NCBI GenBank assembly: GCA_951406725.2
Contig: OX597834.1
Span: forward strand, 36,270,001-36,334,000
Reading direction: 5' to 3'
From: Octopus vulgaris
Lineage: Eukaryota
DNA length: 64,000 nucleotides
Shown: positions 59,072 to 64,000 of the stretch, piece by piece
Position numbering within the stretch: the first letter of the stretch is position 1
Layout: every line of letters starts with the position of its first letter
Made by a program: the position numbers and the translations under genes
The notes under the pieces: generated by a model
The model's input: the letters and a program-made list of their open reading frames with translations, nothing else
Databases searched by the model: none
What the model was told of the DNA's origin: nothing

Positions 59072-59162
59072 GCAGTGTGTATATGCGTGTGTATGTGTTT
59101 CTAATCTCTGTGTAAGCAGAATTATCTATCCATTCGTCGATCGGTCTGTCTGTCTGTCTGTA

Positions 59163-59209
<47 letters not shown>

Positions 59210-60020
59210 ATGTCTGTCTGTCTGTCTCTTTGTCCATATATCTCTCTACCTACATATCGATCGAGCGATCGATCTACGCATCGCTCTATCTTCCTATTCA
59301 TGCACCTACGAGTCCGGGAATGTTTTGGTACCACTTCGTATCCCCGTCAAACACGTTACAGGTGTGTGTGTGTGTGTGTGTGTTTGTGTATATGTGTGTG
59401 TGCATGTGCATCTATGTATGTGTTAGTGTGTATATGTGACTGCCTGTACATGCGTATGCACGTATGCGTCTGTCTCTGTTGTCAGAAGCCACGACCGTCA
59501 AACTCTTCGCTCACCATATCTTTCGCATCATTTTATACCTCTTCTCTTCTTCATCCAACCACCTTCCATTCTCCTACCCACACTCCCCTCCCCTCCCCTT
59601 CCATTTTCCCCATCTTATTCCATATTTCACCAGCGTTCGCTATTTTACCTTCGTTCTGGTCTAACGACCCTCCATATTTGTTTTCGTTCGGTTTCCTTGT
59701 ATGTCTCCACTGTCCTGTTTTTGTTCCCGACTTTGACCCTCCATAAAATCCCAAATTTCATTTTGGTACTTATGGGAGCAACTGTCTTCGAAGATTCACA
59801 TTGTCGTTCAATGCTCGAAATGAGGAGTAGACAGACAGACGACACCTGATGAAGGGTCGTTCTTTGTGTTACTTGTCTTGCTTTCCATTTGTTCCTCTCG
59901 TTGTTTGCGTATTCAACTCATTTGTTTTCGTACTTCATGTTGTTTACAGTTGGTGACGTCCTGTACCAATATATACCCGCCACCCCGAAAATGCTGGCCT
60001 TGTGCCAAAATTTGAGACTC

Positions 60021-60386
60021 TTATTACCTCTGCCTTAGCGAAGGTGGAGGTATTGTTTTCAGTCGTGTTTGTTAGTTTGTTTGTTGGTTCGTGGGCAAGA
60101 TATCTCAAGAACTGCGGGATCGATTTGGATGAAACTTTCAGGGATGTTTGGCCTCGTGACTGGCACGAACTGATTAGATTTTGGGATCGATCCCGTACCG
60201 GACAAGGATTCTGGATAATTTTCCCTGTTTTGAGTGCGGTCGGGTTCATTTTTAGTATTCTCGATTGTGAGAGCAGTCGAGTTTATTTAAGATATTTTCA
60301 TTTCAAAAATCATCTCTGGTCAATCGTTGAGAGGACATTGGTGTTGCCTTGGCGGAGGTTTGCGCTCTCTGAGTGCTCTTATTGTT
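60021..60386 (+). mobile_element. Helentron-associated non-autonomous element (HINE/DINE-1-like)
   Basis: Subterminal inverted repeats acctctgcc and ggcggaggt, a 5' hairpin, a (GTTT)n tract, a 3' hairpin gcgctctctgagtgc and TT-rich ends. Confidence 0.75.
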
Positions 60387-60389
60387 ATT

Positions 60390-60582
60390 AAGGTGGCGCA
60401 CATGCCGGTCAACTTACTTAACGTCATTTCGTCCGTCTTCATGTTTTGAGTTCAGATTCCGCCCAGGCCGACTTTGCCTTTCATTCTTCCGAGGTCGATA
60501 AACTAAGTACCAGTTGAGTACTTGGGTCCATCTAATCGGTTGGCCCCTTCCTGTACAACATTGTGCACATCGTAGAAAGAAT
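60390..60582 (+). mobile_element. Degenerate SINE family B
   Basis: gagttcagattccgcc...gactttgcctttcattcttccgaggtcgataaactaagtaccag. Confidence 0.75.
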
Positions 60583-61002
60583 TAACGTGGGAAACCATTT
60601 TTTACGTATCATTCCCTTATGTAACACTGTACGATATAATTTGAGGGAGATGTAGTAGCTATTTCTGACAGATCGAGTGGCCACGTGGTGGTCCTTTAAT
60701 TGGTTTCGTTTCTAATCGTCTGTTAATTATTCTAGCTGCTGCTGCTGCTGCTACTGCTGCTACTTTTGCTCTGATTCTTGTTAATGTGTTGTGAAACATT
60801 GTGGCTACAGTGGTTACGAATCATTTGTTAATTATTGTTTACGCTGTTCTTCTTGTTGTTAATTAGTTTCTAATTAGTGGGGTCGTTAATTGTCAATTAT
60901 CGATCTTTTACTATGTGTCGTTGTTCTTATTAATCATTGTCATTAACTGTTTTCAAAGATTTACAAATAATTTGTGCGAATATTATTTTGGTTTAAATCA
61001 CT

Positions 61003-61066
<64 letters not shown>

Positions 61067-61265
61067 TGTGTGTGTGTGTACATATGTATATATATATATA
61101 TATAACTATGTATATATGTATGTGTGTGTATGTATGTATGCATATATGTATGTATGTATGTATAATATATATGTATATACATACACTTATATATATATAC
61201 ATGTATATATATATAAGTGTATGTATGTATATGTGTGTGCATATATATATATACACATACATACA

Positions 61266-61345
<80 letters not shown>

Positions 61346-61451
61346 TGTGTGTGTGTGTATACACACATATATATATACGGTTAGCCATAACTTAGATCAT
61401 AATAAAGTGCTTGAACGGTACCCGCCTGGGTATATAAACACTATCTATTCA

Positions 61452-61529
<78 letters not shown>

Positions 61530-62581
61530 AGAGAGAGTGGGGAGAAGGAAAGTTTTACAAGGTATAGTTTGAGAGTAACTTTGAAGTTTCAGTTAGCTTG
61601 CCGTCACCAGACTGTGTTTGACCGTGCTCTAGGACTAATGTGGTTGTAAGTAAGATAGGGCTAATAGCTGTGCAGGGAGGAAATGTAAAATGAGGGATAG
61701 GTGGAGTGTATGTCTTTGTAGTGTGCGGGTTGAGAGAAACGTACGATGGAGAGAGTTATTCTGGTGTGATAAAGGGAAATTTGTTATTGTTAGGAGGCTC
61801 AGTCAGCTGCTAAGATAAATGAGTAAATAGGTGCTGATATATTTTGGTTTAAGTTTTCCTAGATCTTTGTATGTGTGGTTGATTTCTATGTTATTTTAGG
61901 GTTCACAAAAGAATGTTTATAGTGAATACATTTTGACTTATGACACAGCATAGAGTAGGCAGAGATCGAAGTTGGTATTGGTGTTAGTATTAGTGTCTTT
62001 TAAGAATATGAAACGGTACTTTGGGAAGGATTAGATATTAATTCTGATGGTCGTCTTGGTGGTGAGGGTGAGGGTTATTTATCCCCATATCAGACTATAC
62101 CAAGCTGTGATTAACCCATCTATTCAACCTGTGATTAACCCGACTGTTCTGTATACCCAGGACACATCGTCCTCGTGTGTTCTTCATTTTTTATTTGGCT
62201 GCTGTTTCTAGCAATTCAGTGCGATTTCGCTGAAGTTCCGTTGTTGGTGAAGTTTTAGTTGTATTCGGTTTAGCCCTAGGTTGAACTCAATGGCCTAACA
62301 CATGAGCTAACAACGGGACTTTTTCGTGATCGCACCGGATTATAAAAATTAATTTTCCTTGTGACATACCAACCTTGAACATCTTTTCTTTTCTGGGTTT
62401 TTTTTTTTATAACCTACGCACCTTCGCTCACGTACCCTGACATACCCTGACTTACAGTACAAACCGTATGGTCCATTCGAAGTGGATATATTCCAATCGC
62501 TCCACTAACCAGTCTATGTCTGTAATCCTGACTTATATACATAGATACATGTATACATATACATGCATATACAAACATATA

Positions 62582-62735
62582 GGTGCATGCTTCCTAACCG
62601 CATGGTTCTGGGTTCAGTTCCACTGCGTGGCACCTGAGGCAAGTGTCTTCTACTATACCTCGGGCCGACTAAAGCCTTGTGAGTAGATTTGGTAGACGTA
62701 AACTGAAAGAAGTCCGTTGTGTATATGTATATATA

Positions 62736-62794
<59 letters not shown>

Positions 62795-63020
62795 GTGTGT
62801 GTGCGTGTGCGTGTGAGTTTGTCCCTTCACCATTGCTTAGCAACCCATGTTTATGTGTTTACGTCACCGTAACTTAGCAGTTCGGCAAAAGAGACCGATA
62901 GAACAAGAACTAGGCTTGCAAAGAATAATTCCTGGGGTCGATTTGTTCGACTAAATGCCTTTAAATCGGTGCTGCAGCATGGCCGCAGTCAAATGACTGA
63001 AACAAGTAAAAGAATTAAAG
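62582..63020 (+). mobile_element. SINE family A
   Basis: catggttctgggttcagttccactgcgtggcac...gactgaaacaagtaaaaga. Confidence 0.88.
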
Positions 63021-63034
63021 AATATACACACTTT

Positions 63035-63428
63035 TATAGAGCTCAGCTGTCCTCTTGGTGTGAATATCTCTTTGAAAATCAGATAAACAAAATACTTATG
63101 GAAAACTGCTTCGAAAACTCCAGTTTCTATATCCGGATTACAAGTTTACATTTGTATCAATGATAATTGGTTCATTTGGTTTTGTAAGTAAATGCTTAAC
63201 TGTCAATCTGGATAAGCTTGGATTTTCAGATAAAAGAAATCAGCCAACTGATTCGCACATTACAATTACAATCTGTCAGCGGAACAGTAAAACTCTGTAA
63301 GACTTTCCTCGGGTTTAAATTGTGACATTGTTTTCGTTATCAACATTCAAATGATGGAGCTTTGTATCTTTGCTAGAAACCAGCTCCTTCTTCAGAGGAA
63401 GGATTTAGATGATTAAAAACAGAAGATG
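63035..63428 (+). mobile_element. RLE-LINE 3' fragment; a further copy begins at about 63966
   Basis: ELSCP...YGKLLRKLQFLYPDYKFTF...LQLQSVSGTVKLCKTF plus a 3' UTR ending in (CATA)n. 63966-64000 encodes KKEDIYGPLV right after the array. Confidence 0.78.
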
Positions 63429-63644
63429 CATACATACATACATACATACATACATACATACATACATACATACATACATGCACACACATACATACATACA
63501 TACATATACATACATGCACATACATACATGCATACATACACACACAGATACATACATACATACACACAGATACACATACATAAATACATACATACATACG
63601 CATATGCACGCACACATACAGATACACATACATACATACATACA

Positions 63645-63676
<32 letters not shown>

Positions 63677-64000
63677 CATACATGCACACACATACATACA
63701 TGCATATACATACATGCACACACATACATACATACATACACACACAGATACATACACACACATACATACACACAGATACACACACATACATGAATATACA
63801 CACACAGATACACATACATACATATACACATACATACATACATACATACATACATACATACATGCATACATGCATGCATACACACATACATACATACATA
63901 CATACATACATACATACATACATGCATACATACATACATACATACATACATACATACATACATACAAAAAAGGAGGACATCTATGGACCATTGGTAAGTT

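Noticed and set aside
59840-59875. Hammerhead at acacCTGATGAAGGG
   Set aside because: No GAAA, stem III or stem I follows. At most a truncated pLTR relic.

Overview
Animal genomic DNA, extremely rich in microsatellites and SINEs. The repeat families look like octopod cephalopod (Octopus) families; this is recognition from memory, not a database result. Almost every ORF in the supplied track is a microsatellite artefact. The real coding content is three minus-strand exons of a Cys-loop (nicotinic acetylcholine receptor-like) ligand-gated ion channel gene: a candidate signal-peptide exon at 55473-55557 and extracellular-domain exons at 3939-4090 and 1408-1562. They join in frame across an inferred intron of about 51 kb, and the gene runs off the left edge. 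That intron holds tRNA-derived SINEs (several as inverted pairs), mariner/Tc1/Tigger MITEs, Helitron/Helentron-like elements, and RTE and Penelope relics. It also holds about nine hammerhead-ribozyme-like motifs, a restriction-like-endonuclease LINE family that repeatedly sits in (CATA)n arrays, several long palindromes, a 14/15-bp minisatellite and a promoter-like motif cluster. Repeat boundaries were read by eye and are approximate.
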